A DNA stretch of 64,000 bases from Thermoplasmatota archaeon (GTDB lineage: Archaea; Thermoplasmatota; Thermoplasmata; UBA10834), in assembly GCA_040751795.1 (NCBI GenBank), contig JBFMHR010000001.1, forward strand, positions 192,001 to 256,000, given 5' to 3'. Position numbers and translations under genes: made by a program. This document shows, one piece after another, positions 17,411 to 27,394 of this stretch (its first letter is position 1; the number at the start of each line of letters is the position of its first letter). Below the pieces are notes generated by a model. That model saw only the letters and a program-made list of their open reading frames with translations. It was not told the origin of the DNA and did no database searches.

Positions 17411-19297
17411 ATGACCGGGGCCAACGTACATTTCCAGCCCCTCGGGAGGAAGACGCCCCCGGAGGAGGGCAAATCGCTTCTGGAGCTCGCGCGAGACGCG
17501 GGCGTGGCCATCGAGTCGGTCTGCGGCGGGGCCGGCAAGTGCGGCAAGTGCAGGGTCATTGTGAGGTCCGGGGCAGGGAACCTCTCCCCCGCGGGGCCGG
17601 GCGAGCTCTCCCTCCTCGGCGAGAAGGCGGCGCGCGCGGGAAGCAGGCTCGCGTGCGTGGCCAGAGTGGTCTCCGAGGCGGGGATGGTGGTCGAGGTCCC
17701 CGAGGAGAGCAGGCGGGGGCACCACAGGCTCCTCGCGGCAGGGGAGGAGCGCGTCGTGAGGCTCGCCCCCGCCATGACCAAGGCCGTGGTCGAGCTGCCC
17801 CCCGCGTCGCTGGAGGACGTGCGCGCGGACGACGACCGTCTCCTGGACGTGCTGCGGAGGGGGGCGAGGGCCTCGTCCGGGATGTCGCCGGGGGCCCACA
17901 GGTCCCTGCCTGGCGCGCTCAGGGACGGCTCGTGGCTCGTGACCGCCGCCCTGTTCAGGGGCAGGGAGGTCGTGAAGGTCGACCCGGGGGACACGACGGA
18001 CGACGTGCACGGGGTCGCAATCGACATAGGCACCACCAAGGTCGTCGCGTACCTCATCGACCTCCTGACCGGCGAGGTCGAGGGGACCGAGAGCATTCCC
18101 AACCCCCAGATCCCGTTCGGCGAGGACGTCATGTCGAGGATAACCTACTCGACCAGGGAGCCGGACGGGGACGCCAAGCTGCAGAGCGTCATCCTCGAAG
18201 GCGTGAACTCCCTCATATCCAGACTCTCAGATTCGACCGGGGTCCCGAAGGAGAGCGTCCTGGAAGTGATGGTGGTCGGCAACACGGCGATGCACCACCT
18301 GTTCTTCGGCATACCCGCGAGGCACCTCGCGACGGCGCCGTACGCGCCGGCGGTGAGGACGTCCCTCGTGTACGACGCGGGCCAGATGGGCGTGGACATC
18401 TACCCCTTCGGGAAGGTGTCGTCCCTCCCGAACATCGCCGGATTCGTCGGGGCGGACGCGGTCGCGGACCTCGTGTCCAGCGGGCTATACAGGGACAGCC
18501 ACATAGGGATGATGATCGACATCGGCACCAACACCGAGATAATCGCAGGGAACAGGGAGCGGCTGGTTAGCTGCTCGTGCGCCTCCGGCCCGGCGTTCGA
18601 GGGCGCCCACATCAGGTTCGGGATGAGGGCCTCGACCGGCGCGATAGAGCGGGTCTGGATCGACCCCGCCACTGGGGACGTCAGGCTGAGGACCGTGGAG
18701 GACGCGCGCCCCCGGGGCGTGTGCGGCTCCGGCATAGTCGACGCGGTCGCCGAGATGTTCAGGTGCGGCATACTGGACCCCTCCGGCAGGATGTCCCCTG
18801 GCAAGGCAGGCAGGGTGAGGAAGGGGGACGGCGGCGCGCCCGAGTTCGTACTCGCATGGGGGAGGGACACGGAGACGGGGGAGGACGTGACAGTCACCCA
18901 GCACGACGTGGAGGAGATACAGCTCGCCAAGGCTGCGATATTCACCGGGGTCTCGGTCCTCTCGAGGAGGCTCGGCATAGCGCCCTCGGAGCTCAGGAGG
19001 GTGTACGCGGCGGGCGCCTTCGGCACCTACGTCGACGCATCGAGCGCCATAACGATTGGCATGTACCCAGACGTCCCGGCCGACAGGATCAGGTTCATAG
19101 GGAACGCAGCCGGCTCCGGGGCGCGCATGGCCCTGAAGTCCACGCGCGTGAGGGACCTCGCCGAGAGGCTCTCGAGGCAGGTGGAGTACGTCGAGCTGGC
19201 GGCGGAGAAGGACTTCCAGTCCGAGTTCGCCAAGGCGATGTTCCTCCCCCACAGGGACGTCGGCAGGTTCCCCTCGGCCAAGGCCGGGAAGGGGTAG
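17411..19297 (+). CDS. ASKHA/DUF4445 reductive activator of corrinoid proteins (RACo-like, N-terminal 2Fe-2S)
   Basis: CGGAGKCGKC..RLAC; DIGTT, GEDVMSRI, GNTAMHHL, GFVGAD, DIGTNTE, GPAFEG, GVCGSG, QLAKAA, AGAFG, GNAAGSGA. Confidence 0.92.
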   Translation: MTGANVHFQPLGRKTPPEEGKSLLELARDAGVAIESVCGGAGKCGKCRVIVRSGAGNLSPAGPGELSLLGEKAARAGSRLACVARVVSEAGMVVEVPEESRRGHHRLLAAGEERVVRLAPAMTKAVVELPPASLEDVRADDDRLLDVLRRGARASSGMSPGAHRSLPGALRDGSWLVTAALFRGREVVKVDPGDTTDDVHGVAIDIGTTKVVAYLIDLLTGEVEGTESIPNPQIPFGEDVMSRITYSTREPDGDAKLQSVILEGVNSLISRLSDSTGVPKESVLEVMVVGNTAMHHLFFGIPARHLATAPYAPAVRTSLVYDAGQMGVDIYPFGKVSSLPNIAGFVGADAVADLVSSGLYRDSHIGMMIDIGTNTEIIAGNRERLVSCSCASGPAFEGAHIRFGMRASTGAIERVWIDPATGDVRLRTVEDARPRGVCGSGIVDAVAEMFRCGILDPSGRMSPGKAGRVRKGDGGAPEFVLAWGRDTETGEDVTVTQHDVEEIQLAKAAIFTGVSVLSRRLGIAPSELRRVYAAGAFGTYVDASSAITIGMYPDVPADRIRFIGNAAGSGARMALKSTRVRDLAERLSRQVEYVELAAEKDFQSEFAKAMFLPHRDVGRFPSAKAGKG

Positions 19298-19498
19298 GCC
19301 CCTCGGGGACCCCCCGTTGGCGACATGCGTCTTGAACAAAGGTCGAACTCGTCGGGTATGTTTCGAATCCCGTGCGCCTTATAAGCGGAGTTTGGAATCC
19401 GGTCCAGGTTAGCCCCGCAGAGATTAAATAAGGTCTCGCATTTGGCGGTACCGAGGACCGCGCGGGATTGTCGCGCGGCCCGTGGTGTATGTGAAATA

Positions 19499-20713
19499 AT
19501 GAAGGCAATGATGCTTGGAGTGGGAGCTGTGGGCTCCGTGACCGCCGAGATACTCGCGGCCTCGGAGGAGTACGACAAGGTGATACTCGCCGACCTCAAC
19601 CTCGACAGGGCGAAGAGGACCGAGAAGAAGATATCGAGCGACAAGGTCGAGGTGCAGAAGGTCGACGCATCGGACGTCGACGCCATGGCGAAGGCGTTCA
19701 AGGGGATAGACATCATCCTGAACGGCGTCATCCCGAGGTTCAACCTCAAGATCATGGAGGCCTGCGTCAAGGCCAAGGCCAACTACGCCGACATGGCCTG
19801 GGACATCGCCCCCGACACCACCAAGCCGGGGCAGGTCATCAAGGAGACGCCGGCATGGAACCAGCTCCGCATGGACGACGAGTGGAAGAAGGCCGGCCTG
19901 ACCGGCATGATCGGCCTGGGGTGCGACCCCGGCCTCTCCAACATATTCGCCAGGATGGGCGCCGACAGGCTCGACCGCGTGAAGCAGATCCTCGTCAGGG
20001 ACGGGGACAACGGCACCGTCGAAGGGCACAAGTTCGCCCCGCTCTGGTCCCCCGAGACGCTCATAGAGGAGGTCCTGATGCCCGCCACGTACTACGCGGA
20101 CGGCCAGTACAGGAAGCTCCACCCGTTCAGCGGGAAGGAGAACTTCGACTTCCCGTCCCCCGTGGGCACCCTGCCGATATACAACGTGGACCACGAGGAG
20201 TCCGAGACCCTCCCCACGTTCATAGGCCAGGTCCTGGGGAAGGGGTGCGACTACTGCGACTTCAAGATCGCCCTGGACGACGACTACGTCGAGGCCATAC
20301 AGATGCTCGGCATGCTGGGCCTGGACAGCCCGAACAAGGTCGACGTCAAGGGCTCGAAGGTCGCCCCTAGGGACGTCGTCGCGGCGTGCCTCCCCGACCC
20401 GTCGACCCTCGGCGAGCGCGCCAAGGGGGACTGCGCCATAGGGACCGTGACCAAGGGGGTCAAGGACGGCCAGGAGGTCAGCTACTACATGTGGGTACAG
20501 CTCAACCACCAGCAGACCTTCAAGAAGTACGGCCACAGCGCCACGGGCTACTCGGTCGGCGCGCCCCTGGCCATCGGCGCCATCCTGTTCGCGCAGGGCA
20601 AGATCTCCCAGAAGGGGGTGTTCCCGCCGGAGATGCTCGACCCCGAGCCGTGGCCGGCGATGCTCAAGAAGCACGGCATGCCCGTGCACACCCTCGAGCA
20701 GAGGCACTACTGA
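19499..20713 (+). CDS. Saccharopine/carboxyspermidine dehydrogenase-like oxidoreductase, paralogue 1
   Basis: Rossmann GVGAVG..ILADLN, ANYADMA, GLGCDPG, WSPETLIEE, HEE. Confidence 0.85.
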   Translation: MKAMMLGVGAVGSVTAEILAASEEYDKVILADLNLDRAKRTEKKISSDKVEVQKVDASDVDAMAKAFKGIDIILNGVIPRFNLKIMEACVKAKANYADMAWDIAPDTTKPGQVIKETPAWNQLRMDDEWKKAGLTGMIGLGCDPGLSNIFARMGADRLDRVKQILVRDGDNGTVEGHKFAPLWSPETLIEEVLMPATYYADGQYRKLHPFSGKENFDFPSPVGTLPIYNVDHEESETLPTFIGQVLGKGCDYCDFKIALDDDYVEAIQMLGMLGLDSPNKVDVKGSKVAPRDVVAACLPDPSTLGERAKGDCAIGTVTKGVKDGQEVSYYMWVQLNHQQTFKKYGHSATGYSVGAPLAIGAILFAQGKISQKGVFPPEMLDPEPWPAMLKKHGMPVHTLEQRHY

Positions 20714-20842
20714 CCCCGACCGGCTGCCCGGCTGCACACATCTGGCTAGCGGACGCGAGGGGTTTATCTAGCCGCTAGCCGCTTCCTGACCCGGTGGGGG
20801 GATCCCGGCCCACCGGCCGGGAGTTAGGAGGTACTTGAAAGG

Positions 20843-22051
20843 ATGAAGGCAATGGTCCTGGGAGTCGGGGCCATCGGCTCAGTCACGGCCGAGGTGCTCG
20901 CCGGCTCGGAGGAGTTCGACAAGGTGGTCCTCGGGGCAAGGAACCCCGAGAAGGGCAAGAGGCTGCAGAAGAAGATCTCGAGCGACAAGGTGTCCGTCAA
21001 GAAGCTGGACGCTTCGGACGTGACGGCGATGGCGAGGGCCTTCAAGGGCCTGGACCTCGTGTGCAACCTGGCGATACCGAGGTACAACTTCGCCATCATG
21101 CGCGCCTGCGAGATGGCGAAGGTCAACTACCTCGACACCGCGTGGGACATCGCCCTCGACAAGACGGGGCCGGGCAAGGTGATCAGGCCGGCGCCGCCGT
21201 CGTTCCTGTACCTCAAGAAGGACAAGGCCTGGAGGAAGATGGGCCTGACTGGCATGCTGGGCGTCGGGTGCGACCCGGGCCTGACCAACCTCTTCGCGAG
21301 GAAGGCCGCGGACAGGCTGGACAGGGTGAAGGAGATCCTGGTGAGGGACGGCGACAACGGCTACGTCGAGGGGTACGACTTCGCGCCGCTGTGGTCGCCG
21401 GAGACGCTCATCGAGGAGGTCCTCATGCCGGCCACGTACTACAAGGACGGCCACTACAGGAAGTACGGCTCCTTCGAGAACAAGGAGGAGTACGACTTCC
21501 CGGACGGCGTTGGCAAGATACCCATATACAACGTCGACCACGAGGAGGCCGAGACCCTGCCTACCTACATAGGCAAGGTGCTCGGGAAGGGGTGCGACTA
21601 CTGCGACTTCAAGATCGCCCTCGGGGACGAGTACGTCGACGCCATCCGCATGATCGGGAAGCTCGGGCTGTCCAACCCGGACAAGATCAAGGTGAAGGAC
21701 GTCATGGTCGCGCCGAGGGACGTGGTCAACGCGGCCCTGCCGGACCCGTCGCAGCTCGGGCACCTGTCCAAGGGGCAGTGCGCGATAGGCACCGTGACGA
21801 AGGGGCTGAAGGGCGGCAGGGAGACCGGGTACTACATGTGGACCTCGCTGGACCACAGCAAGGTGTACAAGAGGTGGTGCAACAGCGCCACAGCGTGGTC
21901 CGTGGGCGTCCCCGCGGCGATCTCCGCGATACTCTTCGCGCAGGGGAAGATCGACCAGAAGGGGGTCTTCCCGCCGGAGATGATGGACCCGGACCCGTTC
22001 ATCAAGATGCTCCCGAAGTACGGGATGAACTACAACGAGAAGAGACTCTGA
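20843..22051 (+). CDS. Saccharopine/carboxyspermidine dehydrogenase-like oxidoreductase, paralogue 2
   Basis: GVGAIG..LGARNP, NYLDTA, GVGCDPG, WSPETLIEE, HEE; long blocks identical to paralogue 1. Confidence 0.85.
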   Translation: MKAMVLGVGAIGSVTAEVLAGSEEFDKVVLGARNPEKGKRLQKKISSDKVSVKKLDASDVTAMARAFKGLDLVCNLAIPRYNFAIMRACEMAKVNYLDTAWDIALDKTGPGKVIRPAPPSFLYLKKDKAWRKMGLTGMLGVGCDPGLTNLFARKAADRLDRVKEILVRDGDNGYVEGYDFAPLWSPETLIEEVLMPATYYKDGHYRKYGSFENKEEYDFPDGVGKIPIYNVDHEEAETLPTYIGKVLGKGCDYCDFKIALGDEYVDAIRMIGKLGLSNPDKIKVKDVMVAPRDVVNAALPDPSQLGHLSKGQCAIGTVTKGLKGGRETGYYMWTSLDHSKVYKRWCNSATAWSVGVPAAISAILFAQGKIDQKGVFPPEMMDPDPFIKMLPKYGMNYNEKRL

Positions 22052-22136
22052 GAAACCAAGGGGCCCGCGAGGGTCCCGACACTCTTCCCTTCCGCCGCTG
22101 ACTGGTTTATATCCTAAGTCCGCATACCAACGGCCC

Positions 22137-23357
22137 ATGGCCAAAGGGGACGCGCGCATCAGGAGGTTCTACTTCTTCAGGGCGCTCACGTCGTTCTCGC
22201 TATGGATCCCCTTCTGGACGCTCTGGGTCTACAAGAACCTGGAGAGCCTCTTCCTCCTCACCGCCGTCGACGCCGCGTTCTGGGCGACGATGGTCCTGGT
22301 GCAGGTCCCGGCGGGCCTCCTGGGAGACAAGTACGGGAGGAAGGTCGTCCTGTTCGTCGGCGAGGCGCTCTTCGCGGTCGGGGTGCTCACGTTCGGCCTC
22401 AGCACCGAGTTCTGGGAGTACTTCGTGTCGAACATCATATGGGCCCTCGGGGCGTGCTTCATAGTGAGCGGCGACACGCCCTTCGTCTACGACACCCTCC
22501 TCGAGCTGGACAGGGGAAGGGACTTCACCAAGGTGATGGGCACCGCGAACGCGGTCATGTTCCTGATGAACGCCGTGGCCTGCATCACCGGAGGGATAAT
22601 CGTCACCGCCACTGGCAGGGTCGAGCTCACCCTCATAATCGCATCGCTGATAGGCCTCACCGGCTCCTTCACCATCGCGTTCCTCAGGGAGCCGAGGGTC
22701 CCCCGCACATTCATGAAATCCTACAGGCAGCAGCTGGGGACGGGGGTCAAGCAGGTCGTCAAGTCGAGGGCCATCATGATCCTCATACTCTTCCAGATAG
22801 TGCTGCAGCTCGGAACCTATGTGATGGCTGTCTTCAGGTCCGTGTACATGAACGACGTCCTCCGGCTCGACTACCTCGAGGTCGGCCTGTTCTTCGGCGC
22901 CTTCGCCATCGTCGGGGGGATAGTCACGCTGAGGGCCAGTCGCATAGAGGCGCTCCTGAAGGAGAAGGGCTCGCTCCTCTTCATGCTGGTGGCCCTGGTC
23001 TCCTCGTTCGCCGTGGTGTTCCTGGTCCGCTCGCCTGCCGCCGTGCTGACCCAGTTCCTGGTCTACATGGTCGTCGGGCTGCAGTCCCCCGTCATCAACG
23101 GCTACATCCACCGGCTGGTCGACTCCTCGCACAGGTCCACGATCATCGCCATAGCGAGCATGCTCTTCACCCTCCTCGTCGTGGTCGTCGAGATAGGCAC
23201 GGGGTGGATAGCCGAGCTCTGGGGCCTGGAGGAGAGCGTGCTCGTGCTCGCGTGCTGCGTCGCCCCGATAGGGGCCGTGCTGCTGATACTCTGGAACAGG
23301 GAGGTCGACAAGTTCTCGAGGTCGGGCGCGGCAGGGCCCTCGGACGTGCCTCATTGA
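22137..23357 (+). CDS. MFS transporter
   Basis: About 12 TM helices; motif A GLLGDKYGRK. Confidence 0.9.
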   Translation: MAKGDARIRRFYFFRALTSFSLWIPFWTLWVYKNLESLFLLTAVDAAFWATMVLVQVPAGLLGDKYGRKVVLFVGEALFAVGVLTFGLSTEFWEYFVSNIIWALGACFIVSGDTPFVYDTLLELDRGRDFTKVMGTANAVMFLMNAVACITGGIIVTATGRVELTLIIASLIGLTGSFTIAFLREPRVPRTFMKSYRQQLGTGVKQVVKSRAIMILILFQIVLQLGTYVMAVFRSVYMNDVLRLDYLEVGLFFGAFAIVGGIVTLRASRIEALLKEKGSLLFMLVALVSSFAVVFLVRSPAAVLTQFLVYMVVGLQSPVINGYIHRLVDSSHRSTIIAIASMLFTLLVVVVEIGTGWIAELWGLEESVLVLACCVAPIGAVLLILWNREVDKFSRSGAAGPSDVPH

Positions 23358-23536
23358 GGGCCGCGGCCCGCGGAGAGCGACGTGCCCCGGCGATGAGGGG
23401 CAGAAAAAAGGGGGGGAGGATAACTACGCTCTGGAAAGGCTCCTCGCCTAATAAATGTTATCATTATCGATACTGAGAATCCTTTTCGTAAAGCGCGGGG
23501 GCATGCCGACGTCCATTGTGTCCAGGGACCGGGCCC

Positions 23537-25969
23537 CTACCTTCCCAGCTGCCTCTCCTTCTCGGCGACTATCAGCCTTGTCTTGATGACCGTGTCGGGG
23601 TTGAGGGAGATGCTATCTATGCCGCACTCGACCAGGAACTCTGCGAACTCGGGGTAGTCGGAGGGCGCCTGACCGCAGATGCCTATCTTCTTCCCCTTGG
23701 CCTTCACCGTCTTTATGACGCTAGCGATCATCCTCTTCACCGCCGGGCTGCGCTCGTCGTAGAGGCGCGACACCAGCTCCGAGTCCCTGTCGAGGCCGAG
23801 CATGAGCTGCGTCAGGTCGTTGGAGCCTATGGAGAAGCCGTCGAACACCTCGGCGAACTCCTCGGCCAGGACCACGTTGCTGGGTATCTCGCACATGACG
23901 TATATCTCCAGGTCGGCCTTGCCCTGCTCTAGGCCGAACTCCGCCATGGTCTTGACGACCCTCCGGCCCTCCTCCGGCGTCCTGCAGAACGGGATCATCA
24001 CCTTGACGTTGCCGAGGCCCTTCTCCTCCCTGACCCGCTTGATGGCCCTGCACTCGAGGCCGAACGCGGGCCTGAACTTGGGGTCGTAGTACCTGGATGC
24101 GCCGCGCCACCCGATCATCGGGTTGGACTCCGTCGGTTCGTAGAGCCAGCCGCCCGTGAGGCCGGCGTACTCGTTCGTCTTGAAGTCGCTCATCCGGACT
24201 ATGACGTCCCTCGGGTGGAAGGTCGCCGCGATCTTGCCTATCCCCCACGCGAGCTTGTCGACGTAGTACTCGTCCTTGCGGTCGTAGCCCTGGGTCTTCT
24301 CGTCGATGTCGTCCACGAGCTTGGCTATCTTCGGGTCCCCGGCCGCCCTCTGCCTCAGGCCGTCGTGCTCGAGCAGCGCGAGCGGGTGCACGCCCACGTG
24401 CGACATGATGATGAACTCCAGCCTGGCGAGGCCGACGCCGTCGCAGGGTATCTGCCCCTGGTTGAACACCTGCTCGGGGACCCCGACGTTCATCATTATC
24501 TTCGTCCTGGTCTTCGGCATCGACTCGAGGTTGGTCTTCTCGATCCTGAACTTCAGCTCCCCGTCGAACACTCGACCCTCTCCCTCCGACGTGTCAACTG
24601 TGACCGGCTGGCCGTCCCTGAGGAGCCTGGTGCCGTTGCCCGTCCCGATGATGCACGGGATGCCCAGCTCCCTGGAGACTATGGCCGCGTGGCAGGTCCT
24701 GCCGCCCCTGTCCGTGACTATGGCGGAGGCGATCCTCATGATCGGCTCCCAGTCCGGGTCCGTCTTGTCGGTGACCAGGACCTCGCCCTTCCTGAACTCG
24801 GATATCTCGAAGGCGCTCTCGAGGACGTTGACCTTGCCCCTGCCGATCTTGGACCCCACCGGGTCGCCCCTGACCAGCACCGAGGACTGCTCCTCAAGCA
24901 CGTACGTCTCGAGGACGTTCCCCTTCTTGGCCGCGTGCACGGTCTCAGGCCTGGCCTGGACGATGTAGAGCTTCCCCGTGAGGCCGTCCTTCGCCCACTC
25001 GATGTCCATGGGCTTGCCGTAGTGCCTCTCGATGATGCACGCCCACTCGGCCAGCTCCACGATCTCCGGGTCGGCGAGGACGAAGCGCAGCCTGTCTACC
25101 TCGGGGACCTCGGCGTCCACCATGCCCCCCTTCGGGGCGTAGACGAGCTTGTGCTGCTTGCTGCCCAGCTTCTTCTCGATTATCGGGTCCCTGAACTTGC
25201 CCAGCGACGGCTTGAAGACATAGAACTGGTCCGGGTTGACGGCGCCCTGGACGATCATCTCGCCGAGGCCCCACGAGCCGGTGATGTAGACCACGTTCGA
25301 GAACCCGCTCTCGGTGTCCAGTGTGAACATGACGCCCGAGCAGGCGAGGTCGCTCCTGACCATTCGCTGGACGCCCACGGAGAGGGCGTTGCCGAGCTGG
25401 CCGAAGCCCTTGTGGGCCCTGTACGCGATGGCGCGGTCGGTGAACAGGCTGGCGAAGCACTGCTTGATCGCCCTGATGACGTTGGTCTCGCCGCGGACGT
25501 TGAGGATGGTCTCGTGCTGCCCCGCGAACGACGCGCCGTCCAGGTCCTCGGATGTGGCGCTCGACCTTATGGCCACGCTGGGGTTCTCGATGCCGAGCCG
25601 CCTGCCCAGCTCCCAGTATCCGTACTCGATCTCGCGCCTCAGCTCGTCGGAGAACTCCGCGTCCAGGAATGCCCTCCGGACCGCCTTGCCCCTCGGGCCG
25701 ACGTCGGACGGGTCGTCCGGGTCCATGCCCTCGATTATCGACTTGACCTTCTCCTCGAGCCGGCCCGCCTCGACGAACTCCCTGAAGGCCTTGGTCGTGA
25801 CGGCGAAGCCCTCCGGGACCCTTATGCCGTTGGAGGTGAGGTGCCTGAGCATCTCGCCCAGGGAGGCGTTCTTCCCGCCGACCCTGTCGATGTCCTTGAG
25901 GCCTATCTGGTCGAACCATAGCAGGTGCTCGTTGGTGCGTTTACCCGTGGTGCTGGCCCCCTTTGGCAT
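23537..25969 (-). CDS. ppsA: Phosphoenolpyruvate synthase
   Basis: VGGKNASLGE, RSSATSED, DIEWAKDG, QARPETV, GGRTCHAAIVSRE, SIGSNDLTQ, ICGQAPS. Confidence 0.96.
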   Translation of the reverse strand: MPKGASTTGKRTNEHLLWFDQIGLKDIDRVGGKNASLGEMLRHLTSNGIRVPEGFAVTTKAFREFVEAGRLEEKVKSIIEGMDPDDPSDVGPRGKAVRRAFLDAEFSDELRREIEYGYWELGRRLGIENPSVAIRSSATSEDLDGASFAGQHETILNVRGETNVIRAIKQCFASLFTDRAIAYRAHKGFGQLGNALSVGVQRMVRSDLACSGVMFTLDTESGFSNVVYITGSWGLGEMIVQGAVNPDQFYVFKPSLGKFRDPIIEKKLGSKQHKLVYAPKGGMVDAEVPEVDRLRFVLADPEIVELAEWACIIERHYGKPMDIEWAKDGLTGKLYIVQARPETVHAAKKGNVLETYVLEEQSSVLVRGDPVGSKIGRGKVNVLESAFEISEFRKGEVLVTDKTDPDWEPIMRIASAIVTDRGGRTCHAAIVSRELGIPCIIGTGNGTRLLRDGQPVTVDTSEGEGRVFDGELKFRIEKTNLESMPKTRTKIMMNVGVPEQVFNQGQIPCDGVGLARLEFIIMSHVGVHPLALLEHDGLRQRAAGDPKIAKLVDDIDEKTQGYDRKDEYYVDKLAWGIGKIAATFHPRDVIVRMSDFKTNEYAGLTGGWLYEPTESNPMIGWRGASRYYDPKFRPAFGLECRAIKRVREEKGLGNVKVMIPFCRTPEEGRRVVKTMAEFGLEQGKADLEIYVMCEIPSNVVLAEEFAEVFDGFSIGSNDLTQLMLGLDRDSELVSRLYDERSPAVKRMIASVIKTVKAKGKKIGICGQAPSDYPEFAEFLVECGIDSISLNPDTVIKTRLIVAEKERQLGR

Positions 25970-26269
25970 CACTCGCCCCGCCCGAAGCAGATTCCCGCTG
26001 GACTCTCTGTCTCCGCGTTCAGCCCGCACGGATGCGGACGTCCTCTCGCGCAGCCAACGCCGTGCGCCGACGAGGCCATACACGCGGCGCCAGTAATGCA
26101 GACCGGCTGGCTGCGCTACCGGGATAAATGTCGCCGGGTTAATAACATTTGGTAGTTACCGTCCCGCACTGGAAGCGGCTGGACGAAAGTCGGAGCGGCG
26201 GGGCGGGCACGTCCGGATTTGTGCAGTGCCGGGGCCGGGCAAATGAGTTATGCAACCTCTGCGTTCACA

Positions 26270-27394
26270 ATGACGGTCCCTTTGAAGGTCGCGATGCTCA
26301 CGTACAGCACGAGGGCGCGGGGAGGGGTTGCGCACGCGCTCAAGCTGGCCGAGAGGCTGCAGCGGAGGGGCGCGGATGTCCACCTCTACTCCCTCGCGAG
26401 GGCGGACGACGGCGTCGCGGCCAGCGGCTACTTCAGGCCGGTCGACGTCCCCTTCACCGTATTCAGGTACGAGTGGCACCCCGACGTCATGGTCCGCCTC
26501 GACCGGATGGTCCAGGCGTACGCCGCCGGCCTGCCGGGGGACGCTGACGTCTACCACGCGCAGGACTGCGTCGGCGGGACCGCCCTCGCGGCGATGAAGG
26601 GCGCTGGCACCATCGCCTCCCCGGTTTTCAGGACCGTCCACCACGTAGACGACTTCGCCGAGCCGAGGCTTTTCGACTTCGAGAAGCGCGCGGTCGCCCA
26701 CGCGGACCGCAGGTTCGTGGTCTCGGAGCACTGGAGGCGCGCCCTGGCCGAGGACTACGGCTTCGACTCCGTCGTCACCTACAACGGGATGGACGCGGAG
26801 GAGTTCGCGCGTCTCCCTCCGAGGGCCTGCGCTTCCCCGACCGTCCTGTTCGTCGGCGGCCTCGAGGCGAGGAAGGGGCTCGAGTACCTCGTCCTCGCCA
26901 TGGGCCAGGTCGTCAGGGAGCACCCGGCCGCGAGGCTCGTGGCCGTGGCGAAGACGGGCTTCCGGGGCGTCGACGAGCCGGGGTGGTTCAAGGTGCTGGC
27001 CGAGCGCGCGGGGGTGGCTGGCAGCCTCACGTTGCACGAGTCCGTGGGGAACGAGGAGCTGCTGCAGCTCTATGCGGACTGCGACCTGCTGGTGCTCCCG
27101 TCCAGGAACGAGGGGTGGGGGCTCTCCCTGATGGAGGCGATGGCGTGCTCGAAACCCGTGGTCGCCACCCGCGTGGGCGGCATACCCGAGCTGGTCAGCG
27201 ACGGCGTCGAGGGGCTACTCGTGGAGCCCGGCGACGTGAGGGGGCTCGGCGAGGCGATGTGCAGGCTGCTCGGGGACCAGGCCGCCCGGGACCGCATGGG
27301 CCGCGCCGGCCTGAGGAGGGTCCAGGCGTTCTCCTGGGACGCGACGGCCGAGACGGTCATGCGCGAGTACGCGCGCGCCCTTCAGCCGGAGTGA
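26270..27394 (+). CDS. GT4 glycosyltransferase resembling the MSMEG_0565 family
   Basis: LTYSTRARGGVAHAL, HAQDCVG, RTVHHVDDF, GGLEARKG, EGWGLSLMEAMA. Confidence 0.85.
   Translation: MTVPLKVAMLTYSTRARGGVAHALKLAERLQRRGADVHLYSLARADDGVAASGYFRPVDVPFTVFRYEWHPDVMVRLDRMVQAYAAGLPGDADVYHAQDCVGGTALAAMKGAGTIASPVFRTVHHVDDFAEPRLFDFEKRAVAHADRRFVVSEHWRRALAEDYGFDSVVTYNGMDAEEFARLPPRACASPTVLFVGGLEARKGLEYLVLAMGQVVREHPAARLVAVAKTGFRGVDEPGWFKVLAERAGVAGSLTLHESVGNEELLQLYADCDLLVLPSRNEGWGLSLMEAMACSKPVVATRVGGIPELVSDGVEGLLVEPGDVRGLGEAMCRLLGDQAARDRMGRAGLRRVQAFSWDATAETVMREYARALQPE

Noticed and set aside
16861-18132. 423-aa L7Ae fusion and 753-aa extended RACo in the ORF track
   Set aside because: Artefacts of upstream open frames across a divergent promoter; better-supported starts are 17232 and 17411
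19295-19330. Pyrrolysine read-through of the RACo TAG stop
   Set aside because: Protein is already full length; no pyl genes or in-frame amber inside a conserved domain seen in the window
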